Source: Eledone cirrhosa (Eukaryota). Taken from it: 64,000 nt of DNA. Both the position numbers and the translations under genes were made by a program. Below are positions 10,920-21,800 of the stretch, in pieces (positions within the stretch are counted from its first letter, which is position 1; every line of letters starts with the position of its first letter). A model generated the notes under the pieces. That model saw only the letters and a program-made list of their open reading frames with translations. It was not told the DNA's origin and did not search any database. The DNA is taken from positions 1,612,001 to 1,676,000 of the forward strand of contig OZ024758.1 in NCBI GenBank assembly GCA_964016885.1, given 5' to 3'.

Positions 10920-13259
10920 GACAGACAGGTGGACTGACAGACAGACAGGTGGACTGACAGACAGGTGGACTGACAGACAGGTGGACTGACAGACAGGTGG
11001 ACTGACAGACAGACAGGTGGACTGACAGACAGGTGGACTGACAGACAGGTGGACTGACAGACAGACAGGTGGACTGACAGACAGACAGGTGGACTGACAG
11101 ACAGACAGGTGGACTGACAGACAGGTGGACTGACAGACAGACAGGTGGACTGACAGACAGGTGGACTGACAGACAGACAGGTGGACTGACAGACAGACAG
11201 GTGGACTGACAGACAGACAGGTGGACTGACAGACAGGTGGACTGACAGACAGGTGGACTGACAGACAGGTGGACTGACAGACAGACAGGTGGACTGACAG
11301 ACAGGTGGACTGACAGACAGGTGGACTGACAGACAGACAGGTGGACTGACAGACAGACAGGTGGACTGACAGACAGACAGGTGGACTGACAGACAGGTGG
11401 ACTGACAGACAGGTGGACTGACAGACAGGTGGACTGACAGACAGACAGGTGGACTGACAGACAGGTGGACTGACAGACAGGTGGACTGACAGACAGACAG
11501 GTGGACTGACAGACAGACAGGTGGACTGACAGACAGACAGGTGGACTGACAGACAGGTGGACTGACAGACAGACAGGTGGACTGACAGACAGGTGGACTG
11601 ACAGACAGACAGGTGGACTGACAGACAGACAGGTGGACTGACAGACAGACAGGTGGACTGACAGACAGGTGGACTGACAGACAGACAGGTGGACTGACAG
11701 ACAGGTGGACTGACAGACAGACAGGTGGACTGACAGACAGACAGGTGGACTGACAGACAGACAGGTGGACTGACAGACAGGTGGACTGACAGACAGACAG
11801 GTGGACTGACAGACAGGTGGACTGACAGACAGACAGGTGGACTGACAGACAGACAGGTGGACTGACAGACAGACAGGTGGACTGACAGACAGACAGGTGG
11901 ACTGACAGACAGGTGGACTGACAGACAGATGGACTGACAGACAGGTGGAGTGACAGACAGACAGGTGGACTGACAGACAGACAGATGGACTGACAGACAG
12001 GTGGACTGACAGACAGGTGGACTGACAGACAGGTGGAGTGACAGACAGACAGGTGGACTGACAGACAGACAGATGGACTGACAGACAGGTGGACTGACAG
12101 ACAGACAGGTGGACTGACAGACAGGTGGACTGACAGACAGATGGACTGACAGACAGGTGGACTGACAGACAGATGGACTGACAGACAGGTGGACTGACAG
12201 ACAGATGGACTGACAGACAGGTGGACTGACAGACAGGTGGACTGACAGACAGACAGGTGGACTGACAGACAGGTGAACTGACAGACAGACAGATGGACTG
12301 ACAGACAGGTGGACTGACAGACAGATGGACTGACAGACAGGTGGACTGACAGACAGACAGATGGACTGACAGACAGGTGGACTGACAGACAGATGGACTG
12401 ACAGACAGGTGGACTGACAGACAGGTGGACTGACAGACAGGTGGACTGACAGACAGGTGGACTGACAGACAGACAGGTGGACTGACAGACAGACAGATGG
12501 ACTGACAGACAGACAGGTGGACTGACAGACAGGTGGACTGACAGACAGGTGAACTGACAGACAGGTGGACTGACAGACAGGTGGACTGACAGACAGACAG
12601 GTGGACTGACAGACAGACAGATGGACTGACAGACAGGTGGACTGACATACAGACAGGTGGACTGACAGACAGACAGATGGACTGACAGACAGGTGAACTG
12701 ACAGACAGACAGATGGACTGACAGACAGGTGGACTGACAGACAGATGGACTGACAGACAGGTGGACTGACAGACAGATGGACTGACAGACAGGTGGACTG
12801 ACAGACAGATGGACTGACAGACAGGTGGACTGACAGACAGGTGGACTGACAGACAGGTGGACTGACAGACAGGTGGACTGACAGACAGACAGGTGGACTG
12901 ACAGACAGACAGATGGACTGACAGACAGACAGGTGGACTGACAGACAGGTGGACTGACAGACAGGTGGACTGACAGACAGGTGGACTGACAGACAGGTGG
13001 ACTGACAGACAGACAGGTGGACTGACAGACAGACAGATGGACTGACAGACAGGTGGACTGACAGACAGACAGGTGGACTGACAGACAGACAGATGGACTG
13101 ACAGACAGGTGGACTGACAGACAGACAGGTGGACTGACAGACAGACAGATGGACTGACAGACAGGTGGACTGACAGACAGACAGGTGGACTGACAGACAG
13201 ACAGATGGACTGACAGACAGGTGGACTGACAGACAGACAGGTGGACTGACAGACAGACA
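10920..13259. repeat. GACA satellite array 1, units (GACA)2-3-GGTGGACT with increasing GATGGACT
   Basis: Mixed 16- and 20-bp units; abuts the 3' end of Tx1 copy 1. Confidence 0.98.
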
Positions 13260-13483
13260 AATTTCTGTTTATTTGCCACTAGGGCACAAAAGAAAGGGAC
13301 ATGTACATGGGTGGGGGGAGTTTACATAAAAATCGAGTAAGAAAAATATAACAAACAAAATAATAACAAGAAGGTCCTCAATAGGGAGGGATCGTTTTGG
13401 GGTCACACACACCCCCGAAAAAAAGTGTGCGACCCTTCTCCACGGGAGCACAAAGAGAGGGTGCTCCCTTCTTTCTGTTCCAC

Positions 13484-16400
13484 CTACAGGCTGAGGTAGA
13501 GAGAAGGCCCATTCACACGGGCCATTCTCGCAACTTTCACCCACCTTTCATAAAACTGGCTGGAGTGGAGCACCTCTCTCTCCATCCTGATCCTTCTTCC
13601 GAAATGGTATCGGAAGAAAAGGACCAGTTGTTGGCCGGAGAGAAAGGTGTCCGACCTCAGCCCTTTCAGACGCGTCCACCATATAGCCTCTTTTACCATG
13701 GCTATTACACAGAGGAAGACCGCCTCTCCTTCATTTTTGAAGGGGGGAGGTGGCTTGATCGTTACAATGGACTCGGTGGTCAACCTAATTGGTCCCACCC
13801 GTGACAGCAGTCGTTCGACATAGCCCCACAGATCGGCAACGCCCGGGCAGTGCACCAATGCGTGCGCGACGGTTTCCTCGTCGCGCACGCATCTGGGACA
13901 GATCTTTTTCGAGGGGTCCCTACCCGGGCGCCCGTGTCTGTAGAGCTTATCCCGAACGGGCAGAGCCCCTCGGTAGCACTGCCAGGCCAAGGACTTCTGG
14001 AAGTTGTCCATAGGTCCCGGGCCGAAAGTCCTACCGAATAGACTGGCCAGTTCGTCCTCCTCCATGCCTAGGGCTTCTCCGAGGGCGTCGTCGCACCCGC
14101 TAACCACCAGCCCTCTATAGAATGACGAGGTGGAGTCTCCGTCGATAGCCGGGTCCGCCTGCCAGAGAGCCGTGAGCGCCTGGGCACACTCGGTGTGCCA
14201 GTCGCCCAGTTTTCTCGGTCTTTGCTTCACCCAGGACTGCAGCTCGGTGAGCGAGACGAGCCTCGGGAAGGCTCGCCTCACAAACGGGGCCCACACCGGT
14301 TGACCGGTGAGGAATACGTGGAGGTGCCTTAGCCTCAATGCGTGTTTACGCATTTTTAGCCACGGCATCCCCAGCCCTCCTTTCAAAGGGTGTTGACAGC
14401 AGATGGATCTCCTCACCAGAGGAGACCTCTTCTTCCAAAGGAAATAAAAGAGGGCGCGCTCCATTTTGGCGAGGATCTCACCCGGGCAAGGCACGACAGT
14501 CAAGCGGTAATAGATGACGGACGCTATGTAAGCATTCGCCACCTCCGCCCGACCTTTTAGGGATAGTTTGCACTCGGCCCACTTCTGGGTCAGTGCAAAC
14601 ACCCTATTCGTCACCTCACCCCAGTTTTTCTCCACCTGGAGGTCCGGTCCGAACCAGACCCCAAGCAACTTCACCGGGCCCTCCGTCCACCGTCCGACGA
14701 TACCGTCGCACGACATCGCTTTGCCCCTCCACTCGCCGAGTTGCAAAGCGACTGACTTGTCCCGGTTCAGCTTAGCCCCTGTCAACCTTTCGTACTCCTC
14801 TAGTAAGGTGCCGATTGCCTCGATTTCCGAGGCGGTCGACACCATTACTGTTACGTCATCGGCGTAGGCCGACACCGCTTTGCGCAATCCCGGTTCCAAA
14901 GGGATGCCCTGCAACAACTCCAACTTCCGCAGTAATGGCTCGAGAGTCAACACATACAGAAGGGAGGAGAGAGGGCACCCCTGTCGGATGGAGCGGGTGA
15001 TTTCGAACGGCTCCGAAAGGTAGCCGTTCACCTTGACTCTAGAGCAGATGCGGCTGCTGTGCATGGCAGTGATCCAGCCCCTGAAAACGGGTCCGAACCC
15101 AGCCGCCGCTAGCACCGCATCCAGGTAACCATGGTCCACTCTATCGAACGCTTTAGACTGATCTAAATTTATCAGGGCCCCACCAAAGCCGGGTTCGTTC
15201 CCAACCCTCTCTATGATGTATCGCATGAGGTGGAGGTTGTCGTGGATGGACCTGGACGGGATAGCGCATGTCTGCGCATCTCCCACCAGTCCCCCCACGA
15301 CAAGCGCCAACCTCTTCGCTAACACCTTCGCCAAAATCTTTAACTCTGCATTTAGCAGAGTTATGGGCCTAAAATTACTAATGTCATCCCCCTTGTTCTC
15401 GTCCTTCCTCACTAGCGAGACTACGCCCTTGGTCACAGAACAGGGAATTCTCCCGTTCTGTTGCCAGTTGCAGTAGACCGCCTCGAGGAGATCGGGGAAC
15501 AAGTCCGGCATATTAATATATAGTTCGTAGGGCAGACCATCGAGTCCTGGAGATTTGCGTTTGCCGCATAGGCTCAGCACGTCCCCTATTTCAGCAGCTG
15601 AGATCGGCCCGTCGCAGGACCTCGCCTCCCTGTCCGAAAGACGCGGCAGGCCGTCGAGGTATGGACCGAAATCCACACCTCCAACCGGCTCCCCGCCCCT
15701 CCCGAACAATTGGGCAAAGTGCCTTTGAAAGGCCTCGCACATTTGCTTAGGTTCAAGGATCAGCCGTCCATCCTGGTCTCGCAAAGACCGGATAGTGGAT
15801 TTAATCCCACTTTTCGCTTCTGTCACGCGGGCCCAGCTAACAGCTTTGGTCCCCTCGTTTCCCAGAGCACGTATTTTGCTTCGGACAACGCAGCCTTCGT
15901 GTTTCGCGTCGAAGAACTGGTTCAAGACCGTTCTCGACGCTTGCACTCTGGCCACGTTGCCGCTTCTCATTGCCTCTTCAACATTAACTACCAACTCCCT
16001 TTCCTTCCTATTTCTATCTGAGGCTAACTCCTTACTAACTCCTATTGAAACTACTCTAATCTCTCTTTTTAGAGAGCCCCACCACCTGTTGTTGACGATG
16101 GCGCCCGTCAACTGCTCCTTAACTAAGGTTCTAATCCGGTCCCTGTAAGCTCTACTTGCCGGTAAGGACAAGTTGAGCTTCCAGTAACCGGGCCCCTGCC
16201 TATGCGTTCTATCAAGGTGGACTACGCAGGTCACTAACTTGTGGTCTGAATAGCCCACCATGAGCATTTCTGGACAACTTAAAAAGTCCCTATCCTTAAT
16301 TCTAACTAAGAACCTATCTAGGTACGATCTAGATTGACCACTGTTATTTGACCAGGTCCAGGTTGGTACAGTCGGAAAATCTAGTCGGTATCTATCGGCC

Positions 16401-16921
16401 AGGTCGAATCGACCGATTAACCCCTTAAGGCTGTTACACCCCCCTCTATCGGGACATGCCCCTACATAGTCCCAACGTGCATCTAGGATACCATTCCAGT
16501 CCCCCACTAAAAGCAAGGAGCGGGACGTCCCTAGAAAAGTCTCCAGACGATGGAAGAAGTCCGACCGCATTGCCCCAAAAGGGGCGTATACGGCGACAAG
16601 CCTAAAAGCTTCGCCTTCGCCATTGCCAAGGTCCAGAACCACGAGTCGACCCTCCGGGTCCAAGTGTACCGTCTGTGTAGCGAGACCCAGATGTTTTTGC
16701 AGCAGAACGACAACCCCACCCCCACCTCCGGGCTGACAGAGAGATGCGTGCATCTCAAAGTCATCAAAGGTGGGGGTTAGCTGTCGCATGCTGCTGATCC
16801 GGGCCTCGCAAATAACCATCACATTTACACATTGTGACCTGAAGTCACTTAGAAGTTTAGCTTGCTTCCAAGGTGAGCCCAGGCCACGCGCATTTAGACA
16901 ACCCACTCTTAAGACAGCCAT
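13484..16921 (-). CDS. ORF2p: AP-like endonuclease, reverse transcriptase and C-terminal CCHC zinc finger (1145 aa)
   Basis: APE motifs LNARGL, E, GDWN, LDRF and SDH; Tx1-typical GPGYWKLN; RT motifs KSPGLDG, FRPITLLN, KAFDRV, QGCPLS and YADD; CPRC-x8-H-x4-C. Confidence 0.97.
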   Translation of the reverse strand: MAVLRVGCLNARGLGSPWKQAKLLSDFRSQCVNVMVICEARISSMRQLTPTFDDFEMHASLCQPGGGGGVVVLLQKHLGLATQTVHLDPEGRLVVLDLGNGEGEAFRLVAVYAPFGAMRSDFFHRLETFLGTSRSLLLVGDWNGILDARWDYVGACPDRGGCNSLKGLIGRFDLADRYRLDFPTVPTWTWSNNSGQSRSYLDRFLVRIKDRDFLSCPEMLMVGYSDHKLVTCVVHLDRTHRQGPGYWKLNLSLPASRAYRDRIRTLVKEQLTGAIVNNRWWGSLKREIRVVSIGVSKELASDRNRKERELVVNVEEAMRSGNVARVQASRTVLNQFFDAKHEGCVVRSKIRALGNEGTKAVSWARVTEAKSGIKSTIRSLRDQDGRLILEPKQMCEAFQRHFAQLFGRGGEPVGGVDFGPYLDGLPRLSDREARSCDGPISAAEIGDVLSLCGKRKSPGLDGLPYELYINMPDLFPDLLEAVYCNWQQNGRIPCSVTKGVVSLVRKDENKGDDISNFRPITLLNAELKILAKVLAKRLALVVGGLVGDAQTCAIPSRSIHDNLHLMRYIIERVGNEPGFGGALINLDQSKAFDRVDHGYLDAVLAAAGFGPVFRGWITAMHSSRICSRVKVNGYLSEPFEITRSIRQGCPLSSLLYVLTLEPLLRKLELLQGIPLEPGLRKAVSAYADDVTVMVSTASEIEAIGTLLEEYERLTGAKLNRDKSVALQLGEWRGKAMSCDGIVGRWTEGPVKLLGVWFGPDLQVEKNWGEVTNRVFALTQKWAECKLSLKGRAEVANAYIASVIYYRLTVVPCPGEILAKMERALFYFLWKKRSPLVRRSICCQHPLKGGLGMPWLKMRKHALRLRHLHVFLTGQPVWAPFVRRAFPRLVSLTELQSWVKQRPRKLGDWHTECAQALTALWQADPAIDGDSTSSFYRGLVVSGCDDALGEALGMEEDELASLFGRTFGPGPMDNFQKSLAWQCYRGALPVRDKLYRHGRPGRDPSKKICPRCVRDEETVAHALVHCPGVADLWGYVERLLSRVGPIRLTTESIVTIKPPPPFKNEGEAVFLCVIAMVKEAIWWTRLKGLRSDTFLSGQQLVLFFRYHFGRRIRMEREVLHSSQFYERWVKVARMARVNGPSLYLSL

Positions 16922-16944
16922 GTTGGTGGCAAAGAAAGAGGCAC

Positions 16945-18702
16945 TTACCTCTCTGCGTCCCGGGGTTCGGGTCGCTCAGTTTCCATGGGGCTGGTGGCGG
17001 GGTTGACGGGTGGGGTGGTGGTTTGTGGTGGTGTGGGGGTATTGGTGTGTGGAGGGGTTGGGATCTTTGGAGTTGTGTGGGTGTTTGAGGAGGGGAGGGG
17101 AAAACCTTTCAGGAGGACGCGGTTGAGTGGCCTGGTGCAGGGTGGGCCCACGTCCTCAGGGTACATGTCTTTTAAAGTTTTAAAAATGTCAAGTGGGATT
17201 TTCACCATTTTCAGGTTAGGGAGCCCCATTGCCGTTACGAAATTCGGCCCTTCGGTTTGTATCGAAGGGTTGGTTTCTATTTTTAAAGTTAGGTTTTCAT
17301 TGTTTTTGTTTATGTATGTGTAGAGTTTTTGTGTTGTTGTGTTTGTTTTTGCTTGTTGTTGTTGAGTGAGTTTGCGTTTTATTGTCTGTGTTGTGTTGTC
17401 AGGTGGGGTTATTTTTGTTGTTGTGGTGTGTGTACGTTTTTTTCTTTTCACTTTTTGGAAGGGAGCCCCCTCGTCTTCCGACGATATGAGCTCCTCTTCC
17501 GTATTGGAGGGGAGGGGTATATCTCCGGGTTGTGTATGAACTGTTTTTGTATTTGTGTTCTGTGGGGTGGGGCTGGGTGGGACCGTGTTTTGGGTTGTTT
17601 TCTTGAGCTGTTGTTGATGTTGTTGTTGTTGTGGTGGTGGTGGTGGTGTTGTTGTTGGTTTTTGTTGTTCTGGTGGTGATGGTAGTGTATTTTGTTGTTT
17701 TTGTGATGGTGGTGCTGGTTGTTTTTGTTGTTGTTGTGGTGTTTGTAGCAGTGGTTTTTTTGTTGTTAGTAGAGGGCAGGCCGTCCTCAGGTGACCTCTG
17801 CCAGCGCAGTGGTAACATGAGGGTCTCCTGCCTTCCACTGTGATATTTATGTAGGTTCGCCCATCCAGTAGCACTCGGTCGGGTATTCCGGAGATTCTCT
17901 CAGGTGTCATCTGTAAGAGAACCTCCAGACTTTTCCCCCCGAACAGTCCACTGGTGGACTCCCCTGCTGAAATTAGTATGTCCTTATCTAGGTCGGTAAA
18001 TCCTGTTAGGACGGACCAGATGTTAATTTCTGGCGTAGGGCTCCACATTCTTATCCTTTGTGTTCTTCTTCCTTTATATGTGGGGAAGAAGGTGTATTGT
18101 GGTGACACTATAGGTGCCACCGAATATTTCTGAGCCAGCATTTCGTCCTTCATTCGGACCATAATGCTGGCATACAGCTTTCCTCTTTGAATAAAGAGTA
18201 TGTCATTTTTAATTTCTTTCAGAACCAGCTCGATTTGACTTTCGGTCAATTGCGCTGGCTTTCTCGTTTCGTTGGTTATGGTTCTGAAGCTTACGGTATT
18301 CTTGTAAATCTGTTCACGCACTTCTTCTGGGGAGTTGATCGTAAAAGAACCATCCACCCCAAAAGATACGTATTTTCTAGCCTCTAGCAAATTTTCCTTG
18401 GCGTTCGTGATGTCAATGGCTTTGTACTCCGTGGCTCTCTTGAGTGTTTGGGCAAAAGAAATTTTGTCTTTGTTTGTTGTTGTAATGTTGTTGGTTTCCT
18501 TATTTGTGGTGTTATTTTTTTCTTGAAAATTAATTTTTTCATTTGAATTGAAATTCTTTTTTTCATTGGAGAGGAGGGGTTGTTCAACAGTTTGAACTGT
18601 TGTTCCCTCTTTCCCGCTTGTTTTTTTGGTCGGCGTGGCGTTCGCTTCCAATATGGCGATATCGTTTTCGACGATATCGTTATCAACGATATCGATAAAC
18701 AT
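16945..18702 (-). CDS. ORF1p: gag-like nucleic-acid-binding protein (585 aa)
   Basis: Single CX2CX4HX4C knuckle (CYHCAGRGHLRTAC), Q/P/T-rich disordered region and basic KVKRKKR. Lies upstream of ORF2 and is intact in both copies. Confidence 0.92.
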   Translation of the reverse strand: MFIDIVDNDIVENDIAILEANATPTKKTSGKEGTTVQTVEQPLLSNEKKNFNSNEKINFQEKNNTTNKETNNITTTNKDKISFAQTLKRATEYKAIDITNAKENLLEARKYVSFGVDGSFTINSPEEVREQIYKNTVSFRTITNETRKPAQLTESQIELVLKEIKNDILFIQRGKLYASIMVRMKDEMLAQKYSVAPIVSPQYTFFPTYKGRRTQRIRMWSPTPEINIWSVLTGFTDLDKDILISAGESTSGLFGGKSLEVLLQMTPERISGIPDRVLLDGRTYINITVEGRRPSCYHCAGRGHLRTACPLLTTKKPLLQTPQQQQKQPAPPSQKQQNTLPSPPEQQKPTTTPPPPPQQQQHQQQLKKTTQNTVPPSPTPQNTNTKTVHTQPGDIPLPSNTEEELISSEDEGAPFQKVKRKKRTHTTTTKITPPDNTTQTIKRKLTQQQQAKTNTTTQKLYTYINKNNENLTLKIETNPSIQTEGPNFVTAMGLPNLKMVKIPLDIFKTLKDMYPEDVGPPCTRPLNRVLLKGFPLPSSNTHTTPKIPTPPHTNTPTPPQTTTPPVNPATSPMETERPEPRDAER

Positions 18703-18717
18703 TTCTCAAATATTTAT

Positions 18718-18741
18718 TTTTCACCCCAAAAGGGGTGAAAA
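18718..18741 (-). promoter_or_regulatory. Perfect 10-bp stem-loop in the 5'UTR, about 15 nt before the ORF1 ATG (also at 32625-32648)
   Basis: TTTTCACCCC-AAAA-GGGGTGAAAA. Function is inferred only. Confidence 0.5.
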
Positions 18742-18876
18742 TATATTTACCCGACGTCTAGAGTCCCAGACTAGGGGTTACAGTTAATTATACAAAATAA
18801 TTCAAAAAAATCCACTCACAAAATTAGCAGGTAAAAATCCAAATCACAGAGCGATATGACACACGTCTACTATCCT

Positions 18877-21800
18877 CAGACAGACAGACAGACAGACAGA
18901 TGGACTGACAGACAGATGGACTGACAGACAGATGGACTGACAGACAGGTGGACTGACAGACAGATGGACAGACAGACAGGTGGACTGACAGACAGGTGGA
19001 CAGACAGACAGGTGGACTGACAGACAGGTGGACTGACAGACAGACAGATGGACTGACAGACAGATGGACTGACAGACAGGTGGACAGACAGACAGGTGGA
19101 GTGACAGACAGGTGGACTGACAGACAGGTGGACAGACAGACAGGTGGACTGACAGACAGGTGGACTGACAGACAGGTGGACTGACAGACAGGTGGACTGA
19201 CAGACAGGTGGACAGACAGACAGGTGGACTGACAGACAGGTGGACTGACAGACAGACAGATGGACTGACAGACAGATGGACTGACAGACAGATGGACTGA
19301 CAGACAGGTGGACTGACAGACAGGTGGACTGACAGACAGACAGATGGACTGACAGACAGGTGGACTGACAGACAGACAGGTGGACTGACAGACAGGTGGA
19401 CTGACAGACAGGTGGACTGACAGACAGACAGGTGGACTGACAGACAGGTGGACTGACAGACAGACAGGTGGACTGACAGACAGACAGGTGGACTGACAGA
19501 CAGGTGGACTGACAGACAGACAGATGGACTGACAGACAGGTGGACTGACAGACAGATGGACTGACAGACAGGTGGACTGACAGACAGACAGGTGGACTGA
19601 CAGACAGGTGGACTGACAGACAGGTGGACTGACAGACAGACAGGTGGACTGACAGACAGATGGACTGACAGACAGATGGACTGACAGACAGATGGACTGA
19701 CAGACAGATGGACTGACAGACAGACAGATGGACTGACAGACAGATGGACTGACAGACAGATGGACTGACAGACAGATGGACTGACAGACAGACAGGTGGA
19801 CTGACAGACAGACAGATGGACTGACAGACAGGTGGACTGACATACAGACAGGTGGACTGACAGACAGACAGATGGACTGACAGACAGGTGGACTGACAGA
19901 CAGACAGGTGGACTGACAGACAGACAGATGGACTGACAGACAGGTGAACTGACAGACAGACAGATGGACTGACAGACAGGTGGACTGACAGACAGATGGA
20001 CTGACAGACAGGTGGACTGACAGACAGATGGACTGACAGACAGGTGGACTGACAGACAGATGGACTGACAGACAGGTGGACTGACAGACAGGTGGACTGA
20101 CAGACAGGTGGACTGACAGACAGGTGGACTGACAGACAGACAGGTGGACTGACAGACAGACAGATGGACTGACAGACAGACAGGTGGACTGACAGACAGG
20201 TGGACTGACAGACAGGTGGACTGACAGACAGGTGGACTGACAGACAGGTGGACTGACAGACAGGTGGACTGACAGACAGACAGGTGGACTGACAGACAGA
20301 CAGATGGACTGACAGACAGGTGGACTGACAGACAGACAGGTGGACTGACAGACAGACAGATGGACTGACAGACAGGTGGACTGACAGACAGACAGATGGA
20401 CTGACAGACAGGTGGACTGACAGACAGACAGATGGACTGACAGACAGGTGGACTGACAGACAGGTGGACTGACAGACAGACAGGTGGACTGACAGACAGA
20501 CAGGTGGACTGACAGACAGACAGGTGGACTGACAGACAGACAGGTGGACTGACAGACAGGTGGACTGACAGACAGACAGGTGGACTGACAGACAGGTGGA
20601 CTGACAGACAGACAGGTGGACTGACAGACAGGTGGACTGACAGACAGACAGGTGGACTGACAGACAGACAGATGGACTGACAGACAGGTGGACTGACAGA
20701 CAGGTAGACTGACAGACAGGTGGACCGACAGACAGGTGGACTGACAGACAGGTGGACTGACAGACAGACAGGTGGACTGACAGACAGACAGATGGACTGA
20801 CAGACAGGTGGACTGACAGACAGGTGGACTGACAGACAGGTGGACTGACAGACAGGTGGACTGACAGACAGGTGGACTGACAGACAGACAGGTGGACTGA
20901 CAGACAGACAGATGGACTGACAGACAGGTGGACTGACAGACAGGTGGACTGACAGACAGATGGACTGACAGACAGATGGACTGACAGACAGGTGGACTGA
21001 CAGACAGATGGACTGACAGACAGATGGACTGACAGACAGGTGGACTGACAGACAGGTGGACTGACAGACAGATGGACTGACAGACAGATGGACTGACAGA
21101 CAGGTGGACTGACAGACAGATGGACTAACAGAGAGGTGGACTGACAGACAGGTGAACTGACAGACAGATGGACTGACAGACAGATGGACTGACAGACAGG
21201 TGGACTGACAGACAGATGGACTGACAGACAGATGGACTGACAGACAGATGGACTGACAGACAGATGGACTGACAGACAGATGGACTGACAGACAGGTGGA
21301 CTGACAGACAGATGGACTGACAGACAGATGGACTGACAGACAGGTGGACTGACAGACAGATGGACTGACAGACAGATGGACTGACAGACAGATGGACTGA
21401 CAGACAGGTGGACTGACAGATTGATGGACTGACAGACATATGGACTGACAGACAGATGGACTGACAGACAGATGGACTGACAGACAGGTGGACTGACAGA
21501 CAGATGGACTGACAGACAGATGGACTGACAGACAGGTGGACTGACAGACAGATGGACTGACAGACAGATAGATTGACAGACAGGTGGACTGACAGACAGA
21601 TGGACTGACAGACAGATGGACTGACAGACAGATGGACTGACAGACAGGTGGACTGACAGACAGATGGACTGACAGACAGATGGACTGACAGACAGATGGA
21701 CTGACAGACAGATGGACTGACAGACAGGTGGACTGACAGACAGATGGACTGACAGACAGATGGACTGACAGACAGATGGACTGACAGACAGATGGACTGA

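Larger units (their letters stand above)
13260..18876 (-). mobile_element. Full-length L1/Tx1-clade non-LTR retrotransposon, copy 1 (about 5617 bp)
   Basis: 174-bp 5'UTR, ORF1, 23-nt spacer, ORF2, ~225-bp 3'UTR with AATAAA at 13268-13273. Both ends join GACA repeats, and the boundaries match copy 2 at offset 13907. Confidence 0.97.

Noticed and set aside
10920-13259. CRISPR-like regular repeat pattern
   Set aside because: No unique spacers and no cas genes. It is a eukaryotic tandem satellite.
17944-17960. Satellite octamer GGTGGACT inside the element (palindrome AGTCCAC-TG-GTGGACT in ORF1; another match near 16216) as the source of the satellite
   Set aside because: Matches of 8-9 bp within 5.6 kb of coding sequence are too short to separate from chance, and they are far from the element ends.
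13397-18686. Small antisense and alternative-frame ORFs within the retrotransposon
   Set aside because: Short, mostly with non-ATG starts and no recognisable motifs. Their presence in both copies only reflects 99.9% identity.
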